From Eledone cirrhosa (taxonomy: Eukaryota), in NCBI GenBank assembly GCA_964016885.1, contig OZ024756.1, positions 21,266,001-21,330,000 of the forward strand: a stretch of 64,000 bases of DNA. The letters are read 5' to 3'. Positions 1 through 13,238 of the stretch are shown here, piece by piece. A model generated the notes under the pieces. It saw only the letters and a list, made by a program, of their open reading frames with translations, did no database searches and was not told the DNA's origin. The translations under genes were made by a program, and so were the position numbers. How positions within the stretch are numbered: the stretch's first letter is position 1; each line of letters opens with the position of its first letter.

Positions 1-345
1 CATAGCGTTTGCCAGTTCTTCCGCAGTGCATCCAGTATCGCCCTCAAGTTGCTTGACGTATGTCTTCTTGGGACGACCAGCGTTTCTTGCTCCATGAGAT
101 GGACTCCATAACAACACATCACTTGCTATTTCTTCCTTGCTGCGCCAACAGTGGCCAGCAAATTTGAGTCTCTGTCCACGTATTGACCTGCTGATAGGTG
201 GTATATTGCAATAGAGATCCTTATTTGTTGGGTGTTCCCTCCAAGATACGTTTAAAGCAGCACGGAGCATACGTGTAGCCCCGTCTAGCTTTTTCTCCAG
301 TTTCGACGTTAGCGTCCAAGTGACAGAGCCATAAACAAGCACAGA
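1..345 (-). mobile_element. RTE-clade LINE, C-terminal ORF fragment (post-RT region)
   Basis: Manual translation of the minus strand is open: SVLVYGSVTWTLTSKLEKKLDGATRMLRAALNVSWKEHPTNKDLYCNIPPISRSIRGQRLKFAGHCWRSKEEIASDVLLWSPSHGARNAGRPKKTYVKQL. This has the typical RTE LYG-x-TW / RLxFAGH / GRP motifs. Confidence 0.85.
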
Positions 346-453
346 AGAAATTCCTTTTCAGTTTGGTCGGCAGGTGTGTATATAATATATTATATTATAT
401 ACACACCCATATATAATATAATATATAACACACACACATGCATACATATATGT

Positions 454-490
<37 letters not shown>

Positions 491-697
491 ACGAAGGAAA
501 TGTGGTAAGGAACCAGGTGGACCATAACGCACCAAAGTACTCAATACTTAGGGTAGTAGAGTGGGTAATAGGAACGAGTAGGACCCCGACGGCTGAGCTC
601 AAGCCGTTTCGACGGCTAATTCTGGACGGCTAATTCTGTCCAGAATTAGCCGTCGAGACGGCTTGAGCTCAGCCGTCGGGGTCCTACTCGTTCCTAT
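491..697 (-). mobile_element. Family A fold-back mini-element in (TA)n, with 3' half of a hammerhead
   Basis: Inverted repeat 568-697 plus a ~80-nt tail containing GTATTGAGTAC (537-547, -). The minus arm reads GAAA-CGGC-ttgagctca-GCCG-TC-GGGGTC. TA tracts flank both sides. Confidence 0.75.
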
Positions 698-704
698 ATA
701 TATG

Positions 705-884
705 TAGTTAATCTGTAGTTTCACCTGCGCACACACAGGATTATCGCCTTGTCTGATAATCCTGTGAGTGCGCAGGTGAACCTTCAGAGCAACAAGACTC
801 ACTACTTAGCCATAATAAATGAATATTTAAACTCTACATTGGTATTGAGTACTGTATTCTCACGCCCGTCAACTACATACGGAT
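705..884 (+). mobile_element. Family C mini-element: decayed hammerhead, inverted partial arm and tail
   Basis: CTTGT-CTGATAA-tCCTG-tgagtgcg-CAGG-t-GAAC-...-ACAAG at about 748-797. An inverted copy of the stem II region lies at 711-746. Tail has GTATTGAGTAC at 842-852. Homologous to 47150-47335. Confidence 0.6.
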
Positions 885-953
885 ATATATATATATCCCT
901 AGATACACACATCTCTCTCTCTCGCTCTCTCTCTCTCTCATATATATATATAT

Positions 954-1156
954 AACAAAGAATGTGTGGTAAGAAAGCAGGTGGACCATAACGCATCAGA
1001 GTACTCGATACTTAGGGTAGTAGAGTGGGTAATAGGAAAAGAGTCAGGACCCCGACGGCTGAGCTCCGGCCGTTTTGGCAGCTAGATCCGAACTGTTCGG
1101 ATCTAGCTGTCGAAACGGCCGGAGCTCAACCGTCGGGGTTCTGACTCTTTTCCTAT
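954..1156 (-). mobile_element. Family A fold-back mini-element
   Basis: Near-perfect palindrome 1032-1156 centred on 1094 (GCTAGATCCGAAC-T-GTTCGGATCTAGC), plus a tail homologous to 491-567. TA-flanked. Confidence 0.75.
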
Positions 1157-1729
1157 ATATATATAAATGCGGGGGAGGGTGTATGGTTATTTTTTTGCCT
1201 TATGTTTGCGTCAGTGGGAGGAACCCCCCTCCCCCCCACCAAAAAAAAGCTTCCCAAAAAACATGAACAAACATGAAAAAAACAAACAATTGAAAGAAAT
1301 AGTCAACTGAATAAATAAGTGAAACTACAAACAACGTATTACTATGTTTACTGTCTAAATATATTCATTTTCATTCTTAGAGCTTTCTGTTTCAACTTTC
1401 TATTAACCCCACCACCACCACCACCATCATCTTCGCTCTTATCTCTCTATCTCTGTGTCTTTTACTTTTCCTGTGTCGCCTGGAATTTTCATCTTGTCCC
1501 TCTGCCTGCCTGCCTGCATGTCTGTCTGTCTGTCTACTACCTGCCTGCCTGCCTGTCTCTCTGCCTGTCTGTCTACTACCTGCATGCCTGCCTGCCTGTC
1601 TCCCTGTCTGTCTGCCTGTCTCCCTGTCTGTCTCTTTCTCTGTCTGTTTCAGTCTTAGTTCTGACTTCTTTCGTATGTCATTCATTCTTTTCCTTCTTTC
1701 TCGTTTGACTTCTGTATTCTTCTTTCCTC

Positions 1730-1800
<71 letters not shown>

Positions 1801-2577
1801 GTCTCTCTCTCTCTCTCTCTCTCTCTTCAGTAGTGTTCGTTCGTGTCTGTGAGTATATGTGTGTGTTTTTGTATGTATGTATGTGTGTGTGTGTGTGGTT
1901 TGATTTCATTCTGACTCCGTTCTTCCTTTCCATTTGTCTGTCTTCTTCTTCTCCTTCTTTTTCTTCCACTTTTTCTTCCTCTTTTTTTATTTTCTTTTTC
2001 CTTTTTCTTTTTCTTTTTCTTTTTCTTTATCTTTTTCTTTCTTAAGGCGGTCACTTTTCTCATACGATCTCCACTCTAATTTGCAACCAGAGAATATTTA
2101 AACAACAGCTGACTAGATTCATAAGTTTACTTGCGAGAGAAGTTGTTTGAGTAGAAGCAATTAAATACCTGAGTAAAAACCTTTCAGTTCTGTATTCAAA
2201 TCCAATCGTTGATCCTGGGTCAATCAACTAATGCTCAATCTTCTGTCGGTCATGTTTCACCATGTATTTTCACCTGGATATTTCTCCAGAAGGCACACCT
2301 CAGCAAGATTTAATTTTTTTTATAGAAAACCAACAGTTGCCCAGACAATTTCGATGATGTAACCTTGCTCTGCTTTAAGCCAGACACCCGGATAGGTGTA
2401 TAGTAACTCTGTGAGGTGATTGCTAAGTTAGCCAATCTCGCAGAGAAATGAGTTAAATGGCAGTCATTCCAACAGTACCAACTCTCGAAGCTCCAATATT
2501 GGTGGAGGAGATTGTCTTCTCTTTGATCCCAAAATATAACTAAAGGAAGCTGAAGCGTGTTGGGCAATAACAACAAA

Positions 2578-2788
2578 TGGTTTCTGATTTAGGCACAAGG
2601 TCAACAATATTTTGGGGGAGGGGCAAGTTGATTAGATCAACCCCAGTGCGTTACTGGTACTATATTTCATCGACCGATGAAAAGGAAAGCCAACATTGGC
2701 AGGATTTGAACTCAGAATGTAAAGAGCCGTAACTCAATACCACAAAGCTTCTTGTCCGATGCTCTACCGATACTGCCAATCCACCGGC
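2578..2788 (-). mobile_element. tRNA-derived SINE (family 1)
   Basis: Reverse complement has A box TGGCAGTATCGGTAG, B box GTTCAAATCC and the GGCCTTGTGCC-like 3' part shared with other copies. Confidence 0.8.
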
Positions 2789-3669
2789 ATAACAACAAAT
2801 GCTGGCAACACAGACACCAACTTCGCGAGGGTCCAGAATATCCGTATCGTCCTCGGTTCCAGAAGCCGATAAGCAGGAACTCTCCTCTCACAACTAACAA
2901 TGCTACCCTGTCGGCTTGTGATGACGACAGTAGCATAACAGAGGCTGTATTAGAAAGAAAATCTACCTAAAAGTAAAGGAGGAAGTACGAACTCGATATA
3001 AAAGTGTGTAAAACGCAATCAGACGAATACATAAAAAAATCCAAAGTGTTTAAATAACAAACTCATCATTAAAAAATAAGAATCATCTGCAACGAATGAT
3101 TCAGAGACACCGGAGGAACAGAATATTTATAGGCTTGGAATAGAAGAAAGTCTGAAGCTAGAGACATTTGTTCAAAACAATACCTGAATACCTAGCTATT
3201 ACTACAAGCGAAAGGGAAAAATATCCAAAGGACGTGGGAAACTATTTTATTCGCTTTAAGCAAAGAATAGTTACGGGTACTTTTAGCCGCACAAAGCTAC
3301 AGTACGAAGAGTAGACAGCGGACAGATACACGGGGGTTATGTAACCCAAGCTTTAACAGTGGGTTCTCACCCGTATGTGGAAAACATTACTGATTGGAAA
3401 CCTAAATTGTTATTTTTTGGTTTTGCCTGTAACTTTTGAAAATAATACCTTGTTTCATTTATAGTTATTTTCATTACTATTTCTTTATGTCTATTGTTAA
3501 AACAAATTCTTCTTTTTATAACGTTTATGGCCCGTTCCCTTCATCATGTTATGCCTCTTATTCCACACATTTTTAGTAACCACCTCTAGTTTTTAACGTT
3601 TCATGTAATGGCGGCTATGGATGACGATATATATATATATGCAATTGCGCTCACTGACTAAATAAAGAG

Positions 3670-4100
3670 AATTCTTCTTTTTCTTTTTTTTCTTTTTTTC
3701 TTTTTCTTTTTCTTCTCTCTTTTTTCTTTTTCTTTTTCTTTTTCTTCTCTCTTTTTTCTTTTTCTTTCCTTTTTCTTTTTCCTTTTTCTTTTTTCCTTCT
3801 TCTCCTTTTTTCCTTTTACTTCTCCTTCTTCTTTTTCTTTTTTCCTTCTCCTTTTTTCCTTTTTCTTCTTTTTCTACTCCTTTTTCTTATTTGCTTTTTC
3901 TTCTTTTTCTTCTTTATCTCGTTCTTTTTTCTTCTTCCTTTTGCGTTCTCTTTCTTTTACTTTTTTCTTCTTTTACTTTTTCTTCTTTTTCTTTCTTTTC
4001 TTCTTTTTCTTTCTTTTCTTCTTTTCCTTCTTTTTCTTCCTTTCCCGTTCTCTTTCTTTTTCTTCTTCTTTGATTTTCTTTTACATTTTTCTTCTTCTAA
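3670..4100. repeat. Polypyrimidine (TTC/TTTTC) low-complexity tract
   Basis: Almost exclusively T/C. Confidence 0.9.
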
Positions 4101-4434
4101 TTTCGCATCAGTTTGCAACGCCGTTACTTAAGCAGGTGACAGCGACTGGTTAAGTTAGATACTTAAAAAATGATTTGAAAACGTCCCCACGATAACGATG
4201 ACACGATGTTATATATATATATATTATGTTTTTCAATGCCTACCCATGTGCCTGTACATGTGTTTGTTTGGTCGCGTGTATGTGTCTGTGTAATTGTCTG
4301 TCCCTTCCTATGTATATGTGTGAGTGTGTTGATGGGTATACAGTGAAATGTTCTGTAATTTAGACAATCTAAATGAATAATTCAATTTCCAGAAGCTTCG
4401 CCTGCAGAACAGATTAGTGTCTGCAGATGAGGTT

Positions 4435-4488
4435 ATATATATATATATATATATATGTTTGTATTTAAGTATATGTACACGTATGCGG

Positions 4489-4528
<40 letters not shown>

Positions 4529-4805
4529 GTATATTTGTGTATGTGTGTGTATATATATATATATCTGTATATTTGTGTATATATGTATGTATATATATAT
4601 ATATCTGTATATCTGTATATTTGTATATATATATATATATATATCTATATATTTGTATATATATTTGTATATATATATATATATCTATATATTTGTATAT
4701 ATATATATATATCTATATATTTGTATATATATATATATATATATATCTGTATATTTGTATATATATATCTATATATTTGTATATATATATATATATCTAT
4801 ATATT

Positions 4806-4838
<33 letters not shown>

Positions 4839-5169
4839 GTATATTTGTATATATATATCTATATATTTGTATATATATATATATATCTGTATATTTGTAT
4901 ATATATATCTGTATATTTGTATATATATATATATATATATATATCTGTATATTTGTATATATATATCTGTATATTTGTATATATATATATATATCTGTAT
5001 ATTTGTATATATATATATATATCTGTATATTTGTATATATATATATATATCTGTATATTTGTGTATATATATATATGTATATATTTGTGTATATATATAT
5101 ATATATGTATATATTTGTGTATATATATATGTATATGTATATATTTGTGTATATATATATATGTATATT

Positions 5170-5206
<37 letters not shown>

Positions 5207-5225
5207 CTGTATATTTGTGTATATG
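4435..5225. repeat. (TA)n-derived minisatellite, unit ATCT(G/A)TATATTTGTA(TA)n
   Basis: Recurrent unit seen directly. Confidence 0.9.
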
Positions 5226-5648
5226 CACGTATGTAAGTACATACATTTTAGTCTGTACGCACACACACACACACAAATACACACACACATATATATTTAT
5301 ATAACATACGGCGCTAGCTTCTAGAAGAATAAATTAAGGCAAACAGACGACAGTGGAATCAGTGATAAGAGAATAATACGTAGATAAATGTGTTAGTATA
5401 TCACTGATATAGCGAGTGTTAGCTGATTAGTGGAGATGAAACTGAGACGGCAGTCATTATCTTTGGAGTTCAATCCACCAACGTACTTTACAGAAAGCTT
5501 CCAAAGGCGAGTGTTGGAGTGGTTAAAGCTATTAGTTATTAGGCTAATAGATAGCTGGCTCAAGTCGTCTGTTGACATCTTGCATTGTTCTAACACTGGA
5601 TTGATTTTTACTACGATTTCTGTTAGAAACTGACACTCTATACAAGTG

Positions 5649-5708
<60 letters not shown>

Positions 5709-5720
5709 TTATTTTTATTT

Positions 5721-5967
5721 TATAGAAGGAACTTCTACAGGACTAGTACTGTTTCATTCAAAAGAAATCTTCAGGAAGCTGGGTGTCAAATTAAGTTCTG
5801 GTATTTATACATTTAGGTAGTGGCAAGGGAGGGGTGGTGGATGAGGGGGGGGGGTATTTAGATACACAGGACCACTTCATGGCATAGGCCGTTTTTTCTA
5901 TGGGGATCTGCCATGTATTGAGTACCTTACTTACTGTGGTTATCTCCGACTCAACCCGGGACCTACG

Positions 5968-5968
<1 letters not shown>
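5721..5968 (+). mobile_element. Family B mini-element: inverted hammerhead arm plus tail
   Basis: Ribozyme on the minus strand. Tail GTATTGAGTAC(5915-5925)cttacttactgtggtt...aacccggga on the plus strand. Homologous to 12912-13062 and 21568-21696. TA-flanked. Confidence 0.7.
5731..5779 (-). ncRNA. Type I hammerhead ribozyme motif, intact core (family B)
   Basis: Minus strand reads GCTTC-CTGAAGA-T-TTC-tttt-GAA-T-GAAA-CAG-tactagtc-CTG-TA-GAAGT. Stems I, II and III all pair, and the cleavage triplet is GUA. Confidence 0.8.
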
Positions 5969-5994
<26 letters not shown>

Positions 5995-5998
<4 letters not shown>

Positions 5999-6115
5999 GA
6001 GTCCAGAGGCGGGCCAGATCGATGCAGATCGAACCTTTGAGGTGATCAATCGCGAAATACGCGTCACACCTCAATAAATGTAATGATACCTAACACTTCA
6101 TACTTTTTATTATTA

Positions 6116-6152
<37 letters not shown>

Positions 6153-6403
6153 TGTGTGTATATGTATGAATATTAAATATGCAAGTGTATATATATATAT
6201 TTATATATATATATATAAAGGAGTCCAGAGGCGGGCCAGATCGATGCAGATCGAACCTTGAGGTGATCAATCGCGAAATACGCGTCACACCTCAATAAAT
6301 GTAATGATACCTAACACTTCATACTTTTTATTATTAGTATTATTATTAGTATATATATATATATATATATATATATGCGTGTGTGTATATGTATGAATAT
6401 TAA
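5995..6403 (+). repeat. Tandem duplication (2 x ~185-220 bp) of a short dispersed element
   Basis: AAAGGAGTCCAGAGGCGGGCC...TCGCGAAATACGCGTCACACCTCAATAAA occurs at 5995 and 6217. Related copies lie on the minus strand at about 27690-27770 and 37095-37140. Confidence 0.85.
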
Positions 6404-6773
6404 AAGGGAGACACAAAACAGATTTTGTTTACAAACTGCCAGTGAATTTGGAAATTAGGTAGTAACATGTGCTTACGCCGTAGTTGACTATATATATATA
6501 CATATTATTTATCTTAGGCTGTTTATAAATGTGTAGAACCGGTGGGTCAGGTTGGTAAACGGTGATTCAACAAATTAAACAAAGCACTCAACGTTATGCA
6601 AATCATCCATCCTGATATGGTATCCAGTGCCTTCTGCTAGCGATATAACACTATAATTACAGGTTGTCCCCAAAATCAATTTTCTATTTTCTGGCTTTTA
6701 TTTTTTTTTTTTATCTCCTATCTTCCATTCTATGTTTGGGTTCAAAGTACTGTTACATAATTCTGCAAATAAA

Positions 6774-6842
6774 ACCTGATGAAATCGCCTTGTCCTGTAT
6801 CATAAACGGGTGATAGAGCCGAGCCATCGAAATATGTATAGT
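6774..6842 (+). ncRNA. Decayed type I hammerhead motif
   Basis: CTGATGA-a-ATCGCC...GGTGAT...c-GAAA-TATGTA-TA-GT. The GAAATATGTATAGT end is the same as in the 28103 motif. Stem I is only 2 bp. Confidence 0.45.
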
Positions 6843-6891
6843 GCTTTAGCAGGATTAAAATTCTAAAGTAAATTTTCCAGTCAGGCTGTTG

Positions 6892-6935
<44 letters not shown>

Positions 6936-8940
6936 AACACATACACACACGTAAATTAGACCGTTCTTGGTCCAACCTGTTAACAAAAAAACTAAATAAA
7001 CACCCGGAACGCTTCCAAAGAATATATATATATATAGGAATTAGACGTATATGGTTTGAATGGAATACATTCCGAACCGTCTAATATGAGGCATATACTC
7101 ACAAGGACCTCAATAAATTGTTACAAATAAATTAAGATATTCAATGCTGTGACAATAGTCTACATAACCAACCACACAAAAATGCATGTGAATATACATT
7201 TGTTTCTACCTGGAGTTGCGACCGATAGATTAGCAATTAGCAATTGGAAAGACCAACGGAAACATTTTTTCCTCGGTCCGATTTGACGAAAGTCGATCGT
7301 TCCTTTATCACTGTGACACATCAACTTTCTACAAACATATCTTCGGACTTGCTTCGAAAGCCAACTTCAATAAATTTTATAATAGTAATTATCATATATT
7401 ATCTGGAAGTTGCGAATGAACTAAGATCAAGAGTAAAAGTCAGGCAAAAATAAACGTAGAAATGTTTAGATTTGATATTCTATTAGGTAAAGGAAAAACA
7501 CATCACAATAAATCAACTGTGTAGTGAAACAGCACTAACACTGGAGGTTTTAATGTAGAAGATAGACATTTGTAAATTCAATAAAACGTGTTTCGAACAG
7601 TCTTATCTGATGTATATAATTACATTGTCTTCGATAGTTAACAGTAATTTCGAATATTCAGCTCAGTGATATTACTCTACATGATAAATATATAACAGAG
7701 CTAAGCAACCCAGAAAAATAATACCAAAAATTTGTGTGAAAATACCTATTTAACTTTGGGTTAGGTCCAGATGTTGCCAATTGTTTTGACAGCCAACCTT
7801 CAACACGAAAGATAGTAGTATATAGTATCACAAATATACCATCACTTGAATGTTAGGATCGCAAACCACAATCACATATCCATAAACACTCCATAAAAAA
7901 ACCCAATCTGAATGTAATTATACAAACACGACTAGCTACTTTCTGAAGAGAAAATGACCGTCGACAGACGTAGAAAACAGAAAAGATTTGGCATCACAAG
8001 TCCTCAGGCTGAAGGCGTACATCGTTTCAGCGAAAATATTTTCAAAAATAAATATAGACATAGAACAGTCATTCCTTTTATCACAGGAGTGGGAACAATG
8101 TTGCGTCACTTTCACAATGTATTTGGTTATTAAAAGACAGCAACAGGAAAAGGCATTCATAAAATAAAATGGACCATTGATCGTACTGCAATGACAGACA
8201 ATATTCACGGTAGCTACTGTAAACCATGTACAATAAAATTTGAAATAAACCTTTTGTTCTTGTCTTTCTGCAAATAAATACAAACTCCAAGCTTTTGAAG
8301 CATATTACTGGGTCCATAGTATATATATATAATGGGAAAATGCAAAGTAGTTGCAGATGTTAAAGATCTTTATTGGTAAGGCTGTGATACATTTTTCAAT
8401 GACGATAGTGGCCAGTGATTCCGCGCAACCAGTGCCATGATTTCATTCATCAGACAGCTTCATTACATAATAAGGTTCCGTTCTCGAGGCAATCCAAACT
8501 AAAACGACAAGGGAACGGACAAAGATGATTCTTTTGACGCCTTCGCCAGTCACTACAACAGCACCATATCGGGCTGAACAAGTTCGTCCTCCGAACCAAG
8601 GAAATGTACGACCCTAATATGGAGCCGTTGTAGTAACCGGCTTTAATAATTATATTAAAACTCGTTGGATATCTTTACCAAACTACTACTACACTACTAC
8701 TTATATATAAATGGTTATCACCGAAATATATATAACAGCGAACATGAATAAACAGACCCACCTGCGCACTTCGTTCAGTGCTTTACACTGTATACTGGTA
8801 ACTAACAAACCCATACTCAAAGTATATATATATATATAGTAATAATAATAAATTTGAAGACTAAAATCCAAAGAGGGCTCGATAAGGATAAATATATATC
8901 AAATATATAAGAACCTTAGAGCAAATATTTATTAAATCTG

Positions 8941-8944
<4 letters not shown>

Positions 8945-8979
<35 letters not shown>

Positions 8980-9075
8980 TATATATATTATATATATATA
9001 TATATATTATATATATATATATATATTATATATTATATATATTATATATATTATATATATATATATTATATATAT

Positions 9076-9130
<55 letters not shown>

Positions 9131-9179
9131 TATATATATATATATTATATATATTATATATATATATTATATATATATA

Positions 9180-9263
<84 letters not shown>
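8945..9263. repeat. (TA)n microsatellite
   Basis: Direct observation. Confidence 0.95.
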
Positions 9264-9265
<2 letters not shown>

Positions 9266-9540
9266 GGCTGTGGATTGGCAGTATCGGTAGAGGGCCGGAC
9301 GCCATGCTTTGCAGCATAGTTATAGCCCTTTATGGTCTGAGTTCAAATCCCGCCAAAGTTAACTTTGCTTTCATCTTTACGGGGTAGATAAAATAAAGTA
9401 CCAGTCACGCACTGGGGTCGATTTAATCGACTTACCCCTCCTCCAAAATTGATGGCCTTGTGCCTATTTAAGAAACCATTAACAAGGGCCGTGCCCCAGC
9501 ATGGCCTCAGCCGGATGGCTGGAACAGGTAAAAGAGTATA
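9266..9540 (+). mobile_element. tRNA-derived SINE (family 1, long form) plus 3' extension
   Basis: GTGGATTGGCAGTATCGGTAGAG...GAGTTCAAATCCCGCC...TTTCATCTTTACGGGGTAGATAAAATAAAGTACCAG...GGCCTTGTGCC. Confidence 0.85.
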
Positions 9541-9929
9541 TATAGATATATTCATTCATATGCAGTTTTTATAAACCATTTAGTTTTTAATCATATAATA
9601 ACGATTAATAGTAACTATCGTGTAGACTTAAAAACTGATGGCCTAAAGTTTTATGTACTATTGATATCTTCTATGATAGAGAATTTGTTCATAGCATTTG
9701 TTAGCACTTGTGATTTGATAAATAAAATTTGTTAGTGTTACCCACAGTTAGATACAACTGAGCGGATAAAGAGTCCCTCAGAAATCAAATAAATAACGAA
9801 AAACTTTATTTATGGGTTTAGGAGTGGTCGTATCTTTTCTTGATCTTCAAGTGTTATTCAAAATTTCTATTTTATGATGGTGTGGATGATATACTGCTTT
9901 GGTATTAGGACCGTTATGTTTATGTACAG

Positions 9930-10250
9930 TGTCTCCGATATCCGAGGGTGTGGTATGATATCGATATCTTCCCGGTAATCAATACACTGCATGCTTAGAA
10001 TGTTGTCTTCTCTAACTCGTCGGTTTACCATCTGTATACTTTGTTTCTTCATTGGAATTCATATTATTTTCTTCACAGCTGGATGTTGATTCTGGTCCCT
10101 GTAGTAATTCATCGGATGCTTCTAGTATAGATTCACGTGTTCAACTGTTTAAGTAGTTTAAGGAGAAATCGGGAGCTTTATGAATCCCAGGAGCCTTCTA
10201 CTTACAAGCAGTGTTGGTTTTGTTGACAAAATCTCCAGTAAATAACCTCG
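9930..10250 (-). mobile_element. Possible highly degraded non-LTR RT N-terminal fragment
   Basis: Minus-strand translation gives KAPGIHKAPDFSLNYLNS...ELLQGPES...NEETK, resembling RT domain 0/1 (KAPGxD). It is interrupted by stops. Confidence 0.3.
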
Positions 10251-10339
10251 GCTATCCATCTGAAGTTATTCTGTTGTATTTTTATTCGTCTCTGCTTTAA
10301 TTTTTCGTCTATTGTGCATCATTATTGTACTTTCCCAAG

Positions 10340-10529
10340 GGCGGTGGATTGGCAGTATCGGTAGAGGGTCGGACGCCATGCTTTGACGCATAGTTACGGC
10401 CCTTGCCATTCTGAGTTCAAATCCCGCCGAGGTTAACTTTGCCTTTCATCCTTACGGGGTCGATAAAATAAAGTACCAGTAATGCACTGGGTAATTGCTG
10501 GCCTTGTGCCAAAAGTCGAAACAATTATT
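10340..10529 (+). mobile_element. tRNA-derived SINE (family 1) with TSD
   Basis: Full head and body. ATTATTGTACT(T/C)TCCCA is duplicated at 10321 and about 10524. Confidence 0.9.
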
Positions 10530-10826
10530 GTACTCTCCCACTAATTTGAACCTCCATAGATTTGCAATTTAAAATTTTTTTTTTCTTTTTACTGTAATGT
10601 TTTTTCTTCTAGATATCATGAGAAAATGTTTTAGTATTTATTCAAAATACGTGATTTCAAGAAACAAATCTCACCCAACACACCCCACAACATCAAAACA
10701 AAACAAATAAAAAAAACCTAACTAAACCGAAACAGTATTAGAGACGAAACGGTCGCGTTTCTCAAAGTGCCCTTATCTGGCATGTCTTTGCCACGATCAA
10801 CCGTTTTAATTTTTCCTTCACTTCCA

Positions 10827-10905
<79 letters not shown>

Positions 10906-10985
10906 GTATGTATATGTGTGTATATATAAATATGTGTATGTATGTATGTATGTGTGGGTGTGGGTGTGTGTATATTTATATATGG

Positions 10986-11027
<42 letters not shown>

Positions 11028-11944
11028 AGTATACAGATACATTTTCCTTTCCTGTTTTCTTAATATTTATCCCGTTTGTTTTCCTTTTTCATACTAAATC
11101 GTTTCTGTTTTATTTCAACAAGTAAAGATATGTTTGATGTCCATTTTGAATTGCTGATATCATATTGTGTATTTTCTTTACACTGTTGTTTTGATCTGCT
11201 TGGGTGAGAAGTGATTTACTATATTAGGGGTCGAAATCAGTTTCCTTCGACCGCGCGCTCTGTAGCTACTGAGCAAATTGGGTTATTTAGTACATTACTG
11301 TTCGGGATTGTTTATGTGGTAACAAATATCTTGTTGTTTTGCACCAAGTCAACCCTGATTGAACAGACTTAAGATCAAAAGCTTTCCTGCCTTTTCTATA
11401 GTCATATTTTATTTCGGGCTAACTTCGTTGGAACCATTTCTGAGATGAAATAGTCTCATGGTGGAATATTTGTGGTCAAATTGTACTCCAACGGGAAAAC
11501 CATTGGTTCTTCTTTCTATCAGTTCTGTTTCTGTTTTAGTTTCTAAGATATCTCTTTTTAATTATAGCTTATTATAAATCTACATAAATTCTCTATTAAT
11601 TGCTATTGTTCGGTCTTTTCATCCCTCACCGGACTGCCCTAATCGAATAGACATATGATCAAAAATGTTTTTACTCTAACCCTCTAGTATATTTGTTTTA
11701 TTATTGGGGCTACATTGTCATGTATCATTCTTAGTTGAAAAGAAAAAAAAAAAAAAAAAAAGAATTCAGCGGTGCCTACGATTTGAGGGTTTTTTTGTTG
11801 CTATTTCTAGCAGAGTTAATGAAAATTTAGCAGCCGCCTCATTGATTTAGATGAGTTAGATTTATTTATGTGTTACAATTCAATGTCCTCTTGTCCCCGA
11901 TATCCAAGTTTCTTTTATAGTGCTACTGCGTGTTGAATATATAT

Positions 11945-12306
11945 AGTGTTTCCTCTATTATAAGTCATACTCCAATAATAAAGCCCTTGCATGATTTTAC
12001 TGTCTAATATAAGCCCTACCCCGAAAATAAGCCCTGGCGCATTTTTGTGACAAAAGTTAATATAAAAAATAATATAAAAAAATAATATAAAATGCAGATT
12101 TCCAGAGTCTTGCTGATAACTAATATAATAAATCATTTTAATAATATTGTTTTTAACCCTATAATAGGTATCATTTATTTTTATAAAAAAACTTTTATTC
12201 TGTTATTTTTTGTGTAAAGATGTAAATCCTAACTCGAAAATAAGCCCTAGTGCCTTTTATTTATTGAAAAATAATATAAGACCTGTCTTATTATAGGAGA
12301 AACATG
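11945..12306. mobile_element. Non-autonomous Tc1/pogo-superfamily MITE
   Basis: Imperfect TIRs GTGTTTCCTCTATTATAAGTCA / TGTCTTATTATAGGAGAAACATG, with internal AAAATAAGCCCT subterminal repeats. Confidence 0.6.
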
Positions 12307-12668
12307 TTAAAATGTGTGGGTAGATCCCCTATAAATATTTGTCATTAGAATATTGTTCCCGTGTAGTTTAACTTTTATTTTGATAAACGTTAGCAGCAAC
12401 AATCAGTCAAGGAACATCTTAAATAATTTATTGGACAAAAGTTATACAATGATGAAAATATTAAAAAAAGGATAAAAACAAAATTAAGTAATGAAAAAAA
12501 AAAGGGACAAGGAGGGAGTGGGTAAAGAAGAGCAGATCTGGCTGTATAGGGGAGTAGATGAAAGGACTATAAATTGTCACAAATAAGAGGAAAAGGAGGA
12601 AAGAGCAAGAGGTATTAGGCAACGGAAGACAGTGTTCCGCTGGATCAAAGTGGTGTTTCGGCTTAGAC

Positions 12669-13238
12669 GAGAGGTTTTCAAAGTGGGCGCTCCAGCCAAT
12701 CGGGGGGAGGGGGGGGGGGGGCGTTGAGAAGGTCAAGGGGGCGGTGGAGATGATGTAATATCAAAGATGATTAAATATCAAATGATACATATACACATAT
12801 ATATATATATATATTTATTAAAATAACACATTAAAGTTTAAGCAAAGAATCGCTGCTTTCACCCTTAACGGGATCTTATTATAATATATATATATATATA
12901 TATATATTTAATATAGAAATGCCCTGATGCTTCCTAATGATTTCTCCCGAATGAAACAGTTCTAGTCCTGTAGAAACCATTTCTATATTAAATGTTTATA
13001 CTCTGCTTTGTATTGAGTACCTTATTTACTGTGGTTACCCCCGATTGAACCCGGGATAATCTTATATATATATATATATAATAAAATAAAAAATATATGA
13101 TTTTTCTTTTATATATTATATTATATATTATTTACAATTTGCGTGTTGGCAGGTTTCTCTGGGAATATGGTTGGGTGGCCGCGGAGGGTATTACGTGGCC
13201 GTGAGGGATGGGTAGACCAAAATGTTTGAGAACCTCTG
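12669..13238. mobile_element. Non-autonomous hAT (Charlie-like) element with 8-bp TSD
   Basis: TIRs GAGAGGTTTTCAAA / TTTGAGAACCTCTG. Flanks are GCTTAGAC (12661-12668) and GTTTAGAC (13239-13246), an 8-bp TSD with central TAGA. Confidence 0.7.
12912..13062 (+). mobile_element. Family B mini-element with decayed hammerhead, nested in the hAT element
   Basis: TTC-CTAATGA-T-TTC-tccc-GAA-T-GAAA-CAG-ttctagtc-CTG-TA-GAA (core G to A change). GTATTGAGTAC at 13010-13020. TA-flanked. Confidence 0.7.

Noticed and set aside
7936-7990. CTGAAGA...GAAA (also TCTTCAG at about 35077 and CTGATGA at about 22074)
   Set aside because: No convincing stem I/II/III pairing, so treated as chance core matches.
8851-8940. 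Possible very decayed hammerheads (also about 24575-24605 and 25362-25410)
   Set aside because: A hairpin is present but the core boxes are mutated, too degenerate to call.
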